A stretch of DNA of 39,888 bases. It comes from a virus. The position numbers were made by a program, and so were the translations under genes. The DNA is taken from positions 1 through 39,888 of the IMG/VR virus record IMGVR_UViG_3300045988_053504. One strand, written 5' to 3'. Every line of letters begins with the position of its first letter. The stretch's first letter is position 1. Of this stretch, positions 21,781 to 31,759 are shown one piece after another. The notes beneath the pieces were generated by a model, which searched no databases, was not told the DNA's origin, and worked only from the letters and a program-made list of their open reading frames with translations.

Positions 21781-24700
21781 CTATACACCCCCTCTTGCTT
21801 TTCTATCTGCCATGCTGTTCAATCGGCTATCCATAAACGGGGCCAACGTCCTTGCCGCCTCTCGGCCCTCTATGTTTGTTACAACCTCTATCTTTTCCGG
21901 CCTGGTATAGACCGTCTTCTCTATTGTCGTTGTACCGCCGCCTCCGGCATATACAATCTGCGGCTGCACACTCGCTGTGATCTTGCCCATCTGCCCTGAT
22001 ACCGCTGTTTGCATCCTGCTCTGTAACTCCGGTATATTTAGCTTTGCTTTTGCAAAACGTGCCGCCATGGTATCCGCTACCGTCTCGACCTGTCTGTAAA
22101 GCTTCGGTGCTTCTTTCTCCTGTCCCTTTTCCGCTCCCTGGATCGTAAACTTTCCGATCTGGGCAAAAACACGGGATGGGGATTTTATTTTGAGCTCTTT
22201 TTTTGCGGCTTTTACAATGTCTTTGCAAAGCTTTTTCATAGCCTTGCTCAGATTCCGGGTTTCTCCCGTTATTCCAGCTGCCAAACCTTTAGCAACGTTA
22301 GCCCCGGCCTTTTTCATTTCGGCATTCAGATTATCTGTCTCTTTTTTTATTGCTGCTTGATATTCCTTATTGATCCTTTCAAAATCATCTTGGAAGAAAG
22401 ATTCTGAGAAGTTCTTTGCCATGGATTGCTGTTTGTTCCACTTGTCCGTGTAGGCTTTCTGCTCTGCCGCCGTAAGGGACTGGAACCAAGCCATATACTG
22501 TCGCCCTTCTTCCACATCCATGCCAAGGATACGCTGCATCATGGAATCAGGGATATTGTTCTCTAATGACTTCAACCTCTTTTGATAGTCTTCTATATCA
22601 TATAGGTTCTGGTCCAGATCGTAGAGACTGCCGTAACTCTGTTGCTTGCTTGTAAGATTGTCCCGCAGGCTCTTGATCTCGTTGTACTGTTCCTGGTACT
22701 TCTCTGAAAGCTCCTGGATCTTCTCCTCGGCAATCTTGGTCAGGCGGTCCGCTTCTTTCTCAAAGGCGGTATTATAGGCGTTTGCGGCCTTTTCTCCGGC
22801 CTCTTTTAGCTGCTTCTCCTTCTTTGCATTCGCAGCTTTAAGATCCTTTAACTCCTGTTTAAGCTTGGCTTTCTTTTTCTTATTTTCCTTTTTGTTGCCA
22901 AGCTTATCTATTCTTTTCTGCAGCTTTGCTTCGGCCTTTTCGCTTGCCTTTACCTGCTTGTTGTATGCCTGGTCAATGATCTGCTGCACTGTCTCGCTTG
23001 ACCGCTGTTTTGCAATGCTCAGAGAGTCGCTCAGTCCACTTAAAAGATCACTGCCGATATCGGAGTAATTGCCTTTAAATGTAGCTTTCTTTGCCGCAGA
23101 CAGTGCTGTAGAAATGACACCTTGCATTTCTGCTACAAGCTCACTCTGCCCCTCTCTGACGCCTTTTGCGATGCCCTTCGGGATAGTCTCACCTTTTAGG
23201 ATTTTGAACATTTTCCCTGGTGACGGGATGCCTTTCTTTGCGGCTCCGATTGTTACATTTATCACCTTCATGGCTGCTTTTGCTGCTTTATCTGCATTAT
23301 CCGTCATTCCAGATGCTATACCGAGAGTAAGAAATTTTCCGATTGCATTTTTGAACAAAGTAGATGGAGAATGGATGCCAGCCTCTGCTTCTGCCGCAGA
23401 CTTCGCTTGCTGGATCACTTTTCGTGCCGCCGAAGAAACAACGCCGGAGTTCGCATTGATTCCGGAGGCGATTCCAGAGGAAATGTTCTTCCCAACACTA
23501 TTGAACCCGCTTGTACTTACCTTCTTCGCACCATTGACCGCACTCTGGGCCGCCGTCTTAATCTTTCCTTTATTTGCGGTAACACCGCTGGCAGTTTTGC
23601 TTGAAAGTTCTTTTCCTTTTGCCGTGGCCTGCCCGTTTTTTGAAGAAATACCTGAGACATATGCACTGCTGAGTTTTGCCCCTGCCGCTTTGGCCTTAGA
23701 TGTACCGCCAGAAAATCCGCTCACTGCGGAACTGCTCACTTTTGCAGTAGCCGCCTTCGCCTTTCCTGCACCTTTAGAAAGTTCGTTCGTAAAGGAACTC
23801 TCTGTTTTCTTTCCCGCACCTGAGTTATTCGTTGCTGGAATCTTAGAATTTTTCTTGATTGAATCGGTATTTTTCTTTGTTTCTCCGGCTGCCTTTGATG
23901 ATTCTGTTTTAAAAGGTTTAAAAGAAGATGAAGCCGCACCACTGTTGTCTACAGGCTTCACCTTCATATTTGTTTCTATTTTCTTTGCAGAGTCTCCTGT
24001 GCTTTTTGCTACGCCATCAATAACGTTCATTACACCAAAAGCATCTGTTGATAACCCCTGCCCACTCATCATTTGAGTGACTGCATCATCTACGCTGGTC
24101 TTTCCTTGCGCTACCTTTGTAGCCAACTCTGTAGAGATCTGTGCCCCTTGTAGTCCTGCCTTATCAACCGCTGCCTGGAAATCCATCAGATTTGCTAATG
24201 CTTTTGCTGCTTCTGCTGGCTTCATACTTCCAGAAGTAATTCCATTAGCCAAATATTCCGGTACCTGAATACCACCATTTTGTGCCTTTGCCTTTAAATC
24301 CTCAAAATTCACGAGATTCTTCACTGCTGATACCGAGGTCGGTACCGCATACTCACCCGACTGGATTCCCTCTGCGATACTGTTCGGAACTTGCACACCC
24401 TCAGATTTTGCCTTTTCAATCATGTCAGACCAGTTCAGCCCATTTTTTAGCTGTTGTGCTGCGGATTTGAATGAGATAGATCCGTCTGCCATTCCCTGCG
24501 ACAGATACTCCGGTATCTTCATTCCGGCCTCTTGCATCTTTGCAAGATCTTCGCTGTTTACCAGATTATCTAACTTAATAAGCTGTTTTAGCTCTTTTCC
24601 ACTTGTGGGGTTGGCATAGATGCCAGCCTTGATTCCTTCCCCTACGGATTCCGGTATTTTAGATGCTTTTATACCTGCTTCTTTTGCCAGGTTATCCAGA

Positions 24701-27273
24701 TTTGCTGTAAACTCATTGAAGTTTGTCTGCGCAGTAAACTTGTCTGTATATGTATCCAATTCACCATATACGGATTTTAAATTCTTCTCACTTTTTGTTA
24801 CTGCATCGTTTGCTTTTGTTAGGTTCTGTTCATATTTTGTTAATGCATCGCCTGCCTTGGCGAGTTCTTCGTTTCCAGAGCCAAGTCCATATTTTTCAAC
24901 CAGCGTATCAAACTTTTCTTGTGCCTCATTTCTTTTGTCTAAGGCTTTTGTCTGTGTCTCTACTGCCTTTTCATGTGCTATCTCTGCCTCAGCAACTTTT
25001 TTGGCGGACTTCTCCATCCCTGCCTGATAAGCCTTTGCTATTGCCTGCTCTTTTAGGGCATCAATGTTCTTCTTAATCGCTTCTGTAGACTTGTTTAGTT
25101 TATCTCTCTCTGCGTCATACTTAAGACCAAGTTCCGGCATGAGATCGTTCAGTTCTTTTACAACACTTTTTATCCTTGCCTTTGTCCCTGCACTCTTATT
25201 TTCTACCTTTATTAACCTTTGCAACTGATTAAACAGGTTATCCGCTTCTACTCCCTGCGTTCTCGTAGATTCCACAGCTTTTTCATTCTCTTTGTGAAGT
25301 GCCTTTATGGATGTTCCCATCTCATCCTGTGCTTTCTTCACTCTTTCGCAAGTCTTTCCAAACTTATCGGCTTCTGTCTCCGCCTGTGGGACAGTCAAGG
25401 CATATGCCGCAATCCCTGCCGTCAGTGCTCCTGCTGCCAGTACAACCATGCCGATTGGACCACCAAGAGCAGCTGTTGCCGTCTTGAATATAGTTGTTGC
25501 TGCCGTTGCTGCTGTAATCTGCCCTGTAAGAAGTCCATATATAGCTTGCCCCGCTGTAAGCGTAGCATTACATAATACACCCTGAGCCGTACATGCAATC
25601 TGCGCTGCTCCAAATGCTGTAATGGCCTTTTGTGCTATTCCAATAGTACTGGCAACCGCTTTTACTGCTGAGTATCCTTTTATTACAACTAAAAGGCTTG
25701 TTGCTAACGGAAGTGCCGTCTGCATATTCTCTCCGAGAAACTTTGCAGATGCCCCAAGGATTTTTAATCCTCCCCCTGCGACTGTCTTCGCCGCAGAACC
25801 AAGATTTTTAACGGTTGTGATCGTCTCCTTTGGGATAATAGACTTAAGGCCGTGCGCTTCTACCTGGTCCGCCAGTCCTCCGACGGCATCGGATGCCGCT
25901 GCAACTCCATCCGCAAGCGGCCCTTTGAGTTCGTCTCCTACCGCAATTCCAAGGGCTACAAACTTGTTTCCAAGCATCTTAATCCGGCTTTCCAGCGTCT
26001 TATACCGCTGTTTTGCTTCGTTTGTCAGAGCCTTGTTTTCTTTCCAAGCGTTATTCCCGATCTTTAAGGCATCTGTAAAGGTTCCAGATGCTCCTGCCGC
26101 CCTTAAAAGTGCATCCCGCATACGGATATCAGACAGCCCCATATCGTCCAGTGTCTTAATTGCACTGCCGCCGTTTTTATTAATCTTATCCAAGCCCTGG
26201 ATAAAGGAAATAATAGCTCCGGCTGCATCCTCTTTAAATGCCTTTGCGAACTGGTCGGAAGACATTCCTGCTACCTGCGCAAACGCCTGTAAATCTTCCC
26301 CTCCGCTTGTTGTTGCAAGGTTCATTTTCGACATCAGGGTAGAAAATGCAGATCCTCCGGCTTCCGCTTCGATTCCTACGGAAGAAAGCGCACCTGCAAA
26401 GGAGAGGATATCCGCCTCGGACATGCCGACTTGTGAACCAGCACCAGCCAGCCTGAGTGCCATATCCGTGATCTCTTGCTCTGTTGTTGCAAGATTATTT
26501 CCAAGGTCTACGATGGTAGAGCCTAAACGGTCAAACTGCGTCTGTGGCATCCCTGTGATGTTTGCCAGCCTTGCCAGAGAAGTAGCCGCCGTATCGGCAG
26601 ACATGTTCGTGGAATCTCCTAGCATAACCATGGTTTTAGAGAATCCTGCGATATTTTTCGTCTTAATGCCAAGCTGTCCGGCTGCCTCTGCTACCCCTGC
26701 GATCTCATTTGCAGAGGTTGGCATCTCTTTCGACATATTTAAAATGTCTTTTCGCATGGTATTCAGTTCTTTATCCGTGGCATTTACTGTCTTTTTCACA
26801 CCAGCAAAAGCACTTTCAAACGAAATACTTGCTTTCAAAGATGCCGCACCACCCGCAATAACTGCGGCTCCGGTTGCTTTCATTCCGGTAGATACCGCAG
26901 ATTTTATTTTTCCGGCAGCACCAGACCAATATTTCTCTGCATTTTCCGCACTTTTCTTCGCTTGTGCCTCCGTTTGCTTATAAGACCGCTTCTGTTCCTC
27001 TCCGGCCTTTTTCGTGCTCTGCGAGGCTTTCTCTCCGGCTTGCTTTGCGGCTGTTTCCGCTGTCTTCCCGGCTTTTTTTGCCGCCTGTTCTGTTGTTTTG
27101 CTTGCTTGTTTTACAGAGGTTTCTGCGGACTTTGCCGCCTGCTTGGTCGCAGTTTCTGCGGATTTCGCCGCTTTTTTCGTCTCTGTGTCCAGTGTTCTCG
27201 ATAGTTGTTTGAGTTCTTTTTCGGCTTTTTCCGAATTTAACTCAACTTCGATTTCAATACTTCCGTCAGGCAT
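21781..27273 (-). CDS. Tail tape measure protein (1830 aa)
   Basis: Longest ORF. Ala/Lys-rich coiled N-terminus. TP901-type core MPTSANEIAGVAEAAGQLGIKT ... TAATSLARLANITG. Hydrophobic central segments and internal repeats of about 40 aa. Confidence 0.9.
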   Translation of the reverse strand: MPDGSIEIEVELNSEKAEKELKQLSRTLDTETKKAAKSAETATKQAAKSAETSVKQASKTTEQAAKKAGKTAETAAKQAGEKASQSTKKAGEEQKRSYKQTEAQAKKSAENAEKYWSGAAGKIKSAVSTGMKATGAAVIAGGAASLKASISFESAFAGVKKTVNATDKELNTMRKDILNMSKEMPTSANEIAGVAEAAGQLGIKTKNIAGFSKTMVMLGDSTNMSADTAATSLARLANITGMPQTQFDRLGSTIVDLGNNLATTEQEITDMALRLAGAGSQVGMSEADILSFAGALSSVGIEAEAGGSAFSTLMSKMNLATTSGGEDLQAFAQVAGMSSDQFAKAFKEDAAGAIISFIQGLDKINKNGGSAIKTLDDMGLSDIRMRDALLRAAGASGTFTDALKIGNNAWKENKALTNEAKQRYKTLESRIKMLGNKFVALGIAVGDELKGPLADGVAAASDAVGGLADQVEAHGLKSIIPKETITTVKNLGSAAKTVAGGGLKILGASAKFLGENMQTALPLATSLLVVIKGYSAVKAVASTIGIAQKAITAFGAAQIACTAQGVLCNATLTAGQAIYGLLTGQITAATAATTIFKTATAALGGPIGMVVLAAGALTAGIAAYALTVPQAETEADKFGKTCERVKKAQDEMGTSIKALHKENEKAVESTRTQGVEADNLFNQLQRLIKVENKSAGTKARIKSVVKELNDLMPELGLKYDAERDKLNKSTEAIKKNIDALKEQAIAKAYQAGMEKSAKKVAEAEIAHEKAVETQTKALDKRNEAQEKFDTLVEKYGLGSGNEELAKAGDALTKYEQNLTKANDAVTKSEKNLKSVYGELDTYTDKFTAQTNFNEFTANLDNLAKEAGIKASKIPESVGEGIKAGIYANPTSGKELKQLIKLDNLVNSEDLAKMQEAGMKIPEYLSQGMADGSISFKSAAQQLKNGLNWSDMIEKAKSEGVQVPNSIAEGIQSGEYAVPTSVSAVKNLVNFEDLKAKAQNGGIQVPEYLANGITSGSMKPAEAAKALANLMDFQAAVDKAGLQGAQISTELATKVAQGKTSVDDAVTQMMSGQGLSTDAFGVMNVIDGVAKSTGDSAKKIETNMKVKPVDNSGAASSSFKPFKTESSKAAGETKKNTDSIKKNSKIPATNNSGAGKKTESSFTNELSKGAGKAKAATAKVSSSAVSGFSGGTSKAKAAGAKLSSAYVSGISSKNGQATAKGKELSSKTASGVTANKGKIKTAAQSAVNGAKKVSTSGFNSVGKNISSGIASGINANSGVVSSAARKVIQQAKSAAEAEAGIHSPSTLFKNAIGKFLTLGIASGMTDNADKAAKAAMKVINVTIGAAKKGIPSPGKMFKILKGETIPKGIAKGVREGQSELVAEMQGVISTALSAAKKATFKGNYSDIGSDLLSGLSDSLSIAKQRSSETVQQIIDQAYNKQVKASEKAEAKLQKRIDKLGNKKENKKKKAKLKQELKDLKAANAKKEKQLKEAGEKAANAYNTAFEKEADRLTKIAEEKIQELSEKYQEQYNEIKSLRDNLTSKQQSYGSLYDLDQNLYDIEDYQKRLKSLENNIPDSMMQRILGMDVEEGRQYMAWFQSLTAAEQKAYTDKWNKQQSMAKNFSESFFQDDFERINKEYQAAIKKETDNLNAEMKKAGANVAKGLAAGITGETRNLSKAMKKLCKDIVKAAKKELKIKSPSRVFAQIGKFTIQGAEKGQEKEAPKLYRQVETVADTMAARFAKAKLNIPELQSRMQTAVSGQMGKITASVQPQIVYAGGGGTTTIEKTVYTRPEKIEVVTNIEGREAARTLAPFMDSRLNSMADRKARGGV

Positions 27274-27380
27274 ATATTCTCCTTTCTTTTTTGCCTGCGT
27301 CTGTCTTCTATGTTCACGTCTCTATCTTCCTGGGCGTAGAGTTCCGCTCCCCTGCAACCTCTGTGTTACAGTGTTTTTAT

Positions 27381-28046
27381 TTATAAAATATTGCTTAGGT
27401 CCCCACCGCTCAAAAGGGCCTGCGTAACCTCTTCTTCCAACATCCTGTCTTCTTCGGACACATTCTCCGGTAGCTTATATATTTCTTTCATCTTCTTATA
27501 GAACTTTTTCTGTTCCTTATCCATACCTGCGGTATCTGCTGCCCGGTATCCCATCACTTTCGATATTAAGCAGTCTTCTTTTAATCCGGCGAACATGGCC
27601 GAGAACTTCCACCAGTGCAATTCGACAGCGTTCAGATCTATGCCGTACTGTTCCATGAATGCAGCATAGATATAATCCGCATCATGAGTAAAGCTATAAA
27701 TCTGATCCTGTTTCTTTCCTTTTCCGGACTGCTTCTGTTCTTCTGTTTTCCCGCACTGATAAAACCACAACATTTGTGAAATGGCTCCGTCAAGGTCCTC
27801 CGGTATCTCTGGATAATACAAAACCAGGCCGCTATTGTATTTCGCAAGCAGCCTGGCTTTTTTCTCGTCTCCATCAAACTCCGGGATATTCAGAATATCT
27901 TCCACAAAAAACCGCTGTTCTTCCGTGATGTTTTTATCCTGTATCATCTCCTCAAAACGGATCGACACTCGGAAGTCTGTATTGATCTTATGTTCCTGAC
28001 CAGCCACCAGAACGGTTTCCGGCAGCTGATCCGTCAGAATATTCAT
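27381..28046 (-). CDS. Gp15-like tail assembly protein
   Basis: Positioned between the chaperone and the TMP. N-terminus MNILTDQLPETVLVAGQEHKINTDFRVSIRFE resembles the phage Gp15 family by recall. Confidence 0.5.
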   Translation of the reverse strand: MNILTDQLPETVLVAGQEHKINTDFRVSIRFEEMIQDKNITEEQRFFVEDILNIPEFDGDEKKARLLAKYNSGLVLYYPEIPEDLDGAISQMLWFYQCGKTEEQKQSGKGKKQDQIYSFTHDADYIYAAFMEQYGIDLNAVELHWWKFSAMFAGLKEDCLISKVMGYRAADTAGMDKEQKKFYKKMKEIYKLPENVSEEDRMLEEEVTQALLSGGDLSNIL

Positions 28047-28390
28047 TAGTCACCTGCCATGGACTGGACAAGTTTATTATAAGATTCCACCTGTGCCTCT
28101 CGCAGGTTCACAAGTTTGTTAAATGCAGCAACCCGCTCATGGATGTCTGTATCAGAAAACATTTTCTTTGCCGCACCATCTCCCAGCAACTTATCAAATG
28201 TCTGGTCAATAATCTTACATTCTGCCCGGACACCCTCTGCATTTAAGGCTCCGTCAATCCCATGTTTCTTTTCATATTCCATTAGTTCTTCAAACGTCTG
28301 CTGCTTCACATTGTTAAATCGCTCTATCATATCCGCATCCAGAGCAGAGAATTTAAACTCTGCCCCATTCCATTTAAAAATCTTGTTCAT
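28046..28390 (-). CDS. Tail assembly chaperone (gpG-position)
   Basis: 114-aa acidic ORF directly after the tail tube/Ig genes. 1-nt overlap with the next gene. Confidence 0.55.
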   Translation of the reverse strand: MNKIFKWNGAEFKFSALDADMIERFNNVKQQTFEELMEYEKKHGIDGALNAEGVRAECKIIDQTFDKLLGDGAAKKMFSDTDIHERVAAFNKLVNLREAQVESYNKLVQSMAGD

Positions 28391-28424
28391 ATCCTTTACT
28401 CCTCCATGTTCACTGTCTTTTTCT

Positions 28425-28670
28425 CTATGCTCCTGCTGTTACCGTAATGGCGCAGGTTGCCGTCTTATTTCCATCTGTCGTTGTCACTGTCACATCCGCG
28501 GCCCCTGCTGCAACCCCGGTCACTTCCCCAGTATCAGATACCTTTGCAATACCAGTATCCGTGCTGAACCATGTAACTGTCTTGTCTGTAGCATCTGCAG
28601 GCTCTACGGTTGCCGTAAGTGTCTCTTTCGCCGCAACTGCAAGGGACAGCGTTGTTTTATTCAACGCCAC
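28425..28670 (-). CDS. Big_2 Ig-like domain ORF (possible frameshift extension of the major tail protein)
   Basis: LSLAVAAKETLTATVEPADATDKTVTWFSTDTGIAKVSDTGEVTGVAAGAADVTVTTTDGNKTATCAITV is a canonical Big_2 layout. It has a GTG start with no SD and is in the +1 frame relative to 28684-29187. Confidence 0.7.
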   Translation of the reverse strand: MALNKTTLSLAVAAKETLTATVEPADATDKTVTWFSTDTGIAKVSDTGEVTGVAAGAADVTVTTTDGNKTATCAITVTAGA

Positions 28671-28683
28671 CCCGGTTACGGCT

Positions 28684-29187
28684 TTAAGAGGGTGTATCGC
28701 CTTTCGCTGTAAATTTCTTAGTGCTGGTATTAAATGTTCCCTCGACTACATCCCCGATACCTAACAGGTTACCTTCACAGTTCATTTCTCCATCTTCGTT
28801 TCCAAAGCTGGCTACTTCGATCGCCACGTGGAACTTGCGGGCATGGTAGGTATTCTCTGCGCTTTCCTTCTGGTCCAGATCTACGATCACGTAGTCTGTC
28901 TCTGCATCTGCTCCTGTTTTTAAAAGTTCACCGATCTCACAGATATAGGCAATCGCCTCTTCTGATCGAATCTGGTCTGCTGTGTACGGTGCCTGCCACT
29001 CGTACCCGGTGATTCCCTTGCTGGTAGATGCATCGTTTACGTACCGTTTTGAACTGGTCTGCGCTCCCGGTTCCTCATTAAGGTCCGTGAACCCTGTCCC
29101 CATCAGGACAAAATTTTCTTCCTCTGCGGTCCCAATGTCCAGATAGTTCGCCTGCATCCTTCTCTGTCTTACACTTTTTAATGCCAT
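28684..29187 (-). CDS. Major tail (tube) protein
   Basis: The track ORF starts at 29268. ATG 29187 follows GGAAAGGAAGG and lies 1 nt after the upstream stop. YLDIGTAEEENFVLMGTGFTDLNEEPGAQT ... is typical of phi13/TP901-type tube proteins by recall. Confidence 0.7.
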   Translation of the reverse strand: MALKSVRQRRMQANYLDIGTAEEENFVLMGTGFTDLNEEPGAQTSSKRYVNDASTSKGITGYEWQAPYTADQIRSEEAIAYICEIGELLKTGADAETDYVIVDLDQKESAENTYHARKFHVAIEVASFGNEDGEMNCEGNLLGIGDVVEGTFNTSTKKFTAKGDTPS

Positions 29188-29188
29188 G

Positions 29189-29620
29189 TTATACCTTCCT
29201 TTCCTGGTAATAAATAAAGCGGCACTGAATCTGATACTTTGCCTTGTCAAGCTCCGTATCAAACGCATAACCGCTCGTAATCGCTTCGATTTTTATTGCT
29301 TCCTTACCTTTCTCCAATTCCGGGAACTCCCCGGCCTCAGAGAATTGTTCCAGCCAGTCTGAAAAGTGCTCAAAGAACCCGATGTTTTCAAGGTTCTGCC
29401 GCACTTCTTCGCCGTATAGCTCCCGACTGGCAAAATTAAATAGATGTTGCCGTTTGGTATTTCCGACAATATCTTTTTTCAAAACTGTTTGTGATGGAAC
29501 GGATTCTATCGAGTAGTACGTTGTGTCACTACCCAGGTAATCCACCCCGATCCCTTTGCAATACTCATCTAGATACGGGCATTGCTTAACAATGTTCCGT
29601 ATAGCCTCCACAATCGTCAT
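29189..29620 (-). CDS. Tail completion / head-tail joining protein
   Basis: The track ORF starts at 29698. ATG 29620 makes an ATGA overlap with the upstream stop. The call rests on its position in the connector block. Confidence 0.55.
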   Translation of the reverse strand: MTIVEAIRNIVKQCPYLDEYCKGIGVDYLGSDTTYYSIESVPSQTVLKKDIVGNTKRQHLFNFASRELYGEEVRQNLENIGFFEHFSDWLEQFSEAGEFPELEKGKEAIKIEAITSGYAFDTELDKAKYQIQCRFIYYQERKV

Positions 29621-29943
29621 TTTGGCTTTCCTCCTACAAACCTCGCAATAGATACCAGAACCTCTCGCCCTCTGTCGGCAAACGCTCTCTTGTCCCAATG
29701 TTTTCCACGCAGTCCCTTGCCCTTATTTTCTTCGTAATTCTTCTTTGCATATGGGGTGATGTACTTTATGCAGTACGTTGTCTCAATCGCAGTATTTTTC
29801 AGTGGACCGTTGAGAAAAGGGACGTATGCATCCGATATTCTGCGCACTTCATGCACAGCAAGTCTCTGACCGGGACCACCTTTCTGCAGGTTCCTTTCTG
29901 TAAGGATTACGTTTGCAGGAGCAATCTTGACTTTTATCTTCAT
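29617..29943 (-). CDS. Head-tail joining protein (HK97 gp10-like position)
   Basis: 108 aa, with 4-nt overlaps on both sides. Confidence 0.5.
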   Translation of the reverse strand: MKIKVKIAPANVILTERNLQKGGPGQRLAVHEVRRISDAYVPFLNGPLKNTAIETTYCIKYITPYAKKNYEENKGKGLRGKHWDKRAFADRGREVLVSIARFVGGKPK

Positions 29944-30368
29944 TCAGCCGTCACCTTCCAATGCTGCATTTCCGGGCTGCCGTTGTCGTTCGTCTCTACA
30001 ACAGCGATGGTCCGTACATCATCATAGGTGTTTTTCATCCGCTCTTCGTCTTTTGCGCTGGTCAGTTCGTCTCCTACGATGCCTTGGACCACCAGGTCCC
30101 CAGCTTCGACCGTAAAAAATCCCGTCTTTTCTGGCTCCTGCACAAAGTTTTTCGGTTTCCGGAACTGCTTTTCCGTCTCTACCGCAAACGGGATATAGAT
30201 TTCTGCCACATCAGCACTTACAATCCCCTTGTCTGTGGGCTGCACGGCTGTGGTATCCTGCCAGTTCACGCCTTTTAGGACTGTCCGGTAATAGCGGTTC
30301 GTCCCGGTATCCCGGTCATATACCTTGTTGTAGAGTGTTATGTCTGCGTTTGTAACCATTACCGACAC
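29940..30368 (-). CDS. Head closure / minor capsid-type protein
   Basis: 142 aa in the connector block, overlapping the upstream gene by 10 nt. Confidence 0.5.
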   Translation of the reverse strand: MSVMVTNADITLYNKVYDRDTGTNRYYRTVLKGVNWQDTTAVQPTDKGIVSADVAEIYIPFAVETEKQFRKPKNFVQEPEKTGFFTVEAGDLVVQGIVGDELTSAKDEERMKNTYDDVRTIAVVETNDNGSPEMQHWKVTAE

Positions 30369-30733
30369 CCCCTGTATAACAACCCGGTATGGATTAAGTA
30401 CGGATAAGCAGCTGCATACTGTTTCTTTGCTGCTGCCGCCTCTCTTGTTTGTCCGTCCTGCTGTTCCGTCACATAGGATACAGAGACATTTCCAACTGTC
30501 TCAGACTTCTTCTCTTTCTGCTCTCCCTCGGCATCGGCTTTATACATAACTTCCGACACCTCACAGGCAGCCAGCCTGACCTCCTCCGGGATCTCTGTAT
30601 CCTCGATCCTACCGAACGTGATGTACTTTACATAAACACTCGCCCGCAGGATTACAGAGGAAAAGGCAGCCTCCGGTATGGTGCTGCCATGAAAAGTGTC
30701 TGTATAGAATGTGTAGTCTGCATACTCTACCAT
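30359..30733 (-). CDS. Head-tail connector (gp6-like DNA packaging) protein
   Basis: 124 aa immediately after the capsid gene. N-terminus YADYTFYTDTFHGSTIPEAAF ... is typical of this family by recall. Confidence 0.55.
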   Translation of the reverse strand: MVEYADYTFYTDTFHGSTIPEAAFSSVILRASVYVKYITFGRIEDTEIPEEVRLAACEVSEVMYKADAEGEQKEKKSETVGNVSVSYVTEQQDGQTREAAAAKKQYAAAYPYLIHTGLLYRGCR

Positions 30734-30751
30734 ACCGTTTACCTCCTTTTA

Positions 30752-31747
30752 TCACGCTGGCGTACTTGCCTTTGGCGCATAAACAGCAAATGGACAACGT
30801 TTCGTTTTGTCCTGCTCCATGGAATTGATCGGGTTTGGAATCTCCCAACCAAGACGCATCACAGCACGCAAAGCAACCATGTCATTCTGCATCAGGTTAT
30901 ACACAATCTCTTTTGTAGAAGGGTCCTGGATCACACCTTCTGTAAAGATCTTGAATGTAATGTCCTGACGGATAGCATATACTGCCTGCTGCATATCCCC
31001 CATGATCATTTTGGCCTTTGACGGATCAAACGCCCCGTTACGTGGGAATTGCATTGGATTTCCATCTAATGCATATGGTGTAGAACCCTGCATATCTGTT
31101 TTGAACAGCGGTCTGCCGTTTGTGTCCATAAGTTCTCTTAGTTCAGATCTCATTCCAATGTCAGCGATCGCGGCGCTTGGAAAATATCCGCTCTTCTCAA
31201 TTTTAGCGATCACGCCGTCTTTTCCCATGATGTCCTTATACATATTTGACGTTTCTGTTACAACTGCTTCTGCATTGGTTGCCGTAGTAAAGATATCGTC
31301 TCTCCATGACGCTGGTTTATCCACGCCAAAAAGAACCGCTCCGTCAACTTTCTTACCAAATGCCTCTACAAGCCTTGGTTTTACTTCTCCCCAAATATCG
31401 TAATCTGCATCATCTAAGACTGCTTCAGGGATCGGTACAATGACTGCGATCTCCTCGGCATAGATCTTTTTCTTATCCCATGCCATTTTTGTTGTCTGTT
31501 TTGTCCCGGTGTCTCCGTTCACAAAGTAAGCAACCGGCAGCATATCAAGTACCGGCTGTACTAAAGTCTTCCTTGACATGTTCGGCAACTTCCTGAAAGT
31601 AGAGAGTACCGTAGAACTTTCTGTTACTCCCTGGATAATTTCTCTGCTTGTTTCTTCGGGGATCAGTGCATCTGCCCCACCCCGGTCAATGATATTCGCA
31701 CTTCCAGCAAAAAACTGGATGTTCATTGGGATTCCATTTTTCTTCAA
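30752..31747 (-). CDS. Major capsid protein (HK97-fold type)
   Basis: 331 aa following the scaffold gene. The N-terminal leader MNIQFFAG is shared with the scaffold protein. Confidence 0.75.
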   Translation of the reverse strand: MKKNGIPMNIQFFAGSANIIDRGGADALIPEETSREIIQGVTESSTVLSTFRKLPNMSRKTLVQPVLDMLPVAYFVNGDTGTKQTTKMAWDKKKIYAEEIAVIVPIPEAVLDDADYDIWGEVKPRLVEAFGKKVDGAVLFGVDKPASWRDDIFTTATNAEAVVTETSNMYKDIMGKDGVIAKIEKSGYFPSAAIADIGMRSELRELMDTNGRPLFKTDMQGSTPYALDGNPMQFPRNGAFDPSKAKMIMGDMQQAVYAIRQDITFKIFTEGVIQDPSTKEIVYNLMQNDMVALRAVMRLGWEIPNPINSMEQDKTKRCPFAVYAPKASTPA

Positions 31748-31759
31748 GATGATTTCCTC

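Noticed and set aside
21827-27427. Many long ORFs on the + strand or in other - strand frames inside the tape measure gene, for example 25622-26983 (453 aa), 23069-24076 (335 aa), 24620-25027 and 27014-27427.
   Set aside because: They lie entirely within the 1830-aa TMP gene and translate to low-complexity Ala/Ser/Phe/Leu/Pro strings without RBSs. They are explained by the GC-rich, stop-poor codon composition of the TMP frame.
28040-28060. Canonical -1 G/GT frameshift between the tail chaperone (28046-28390) and the Gp15-like gene (27381-28046).
   Set aside because: The downstream frame has a TGA two codons upstream of its ATG, so there is no open overlap in which a slippery-site fusion could occur. 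The genes simply overlap by 1 nt.
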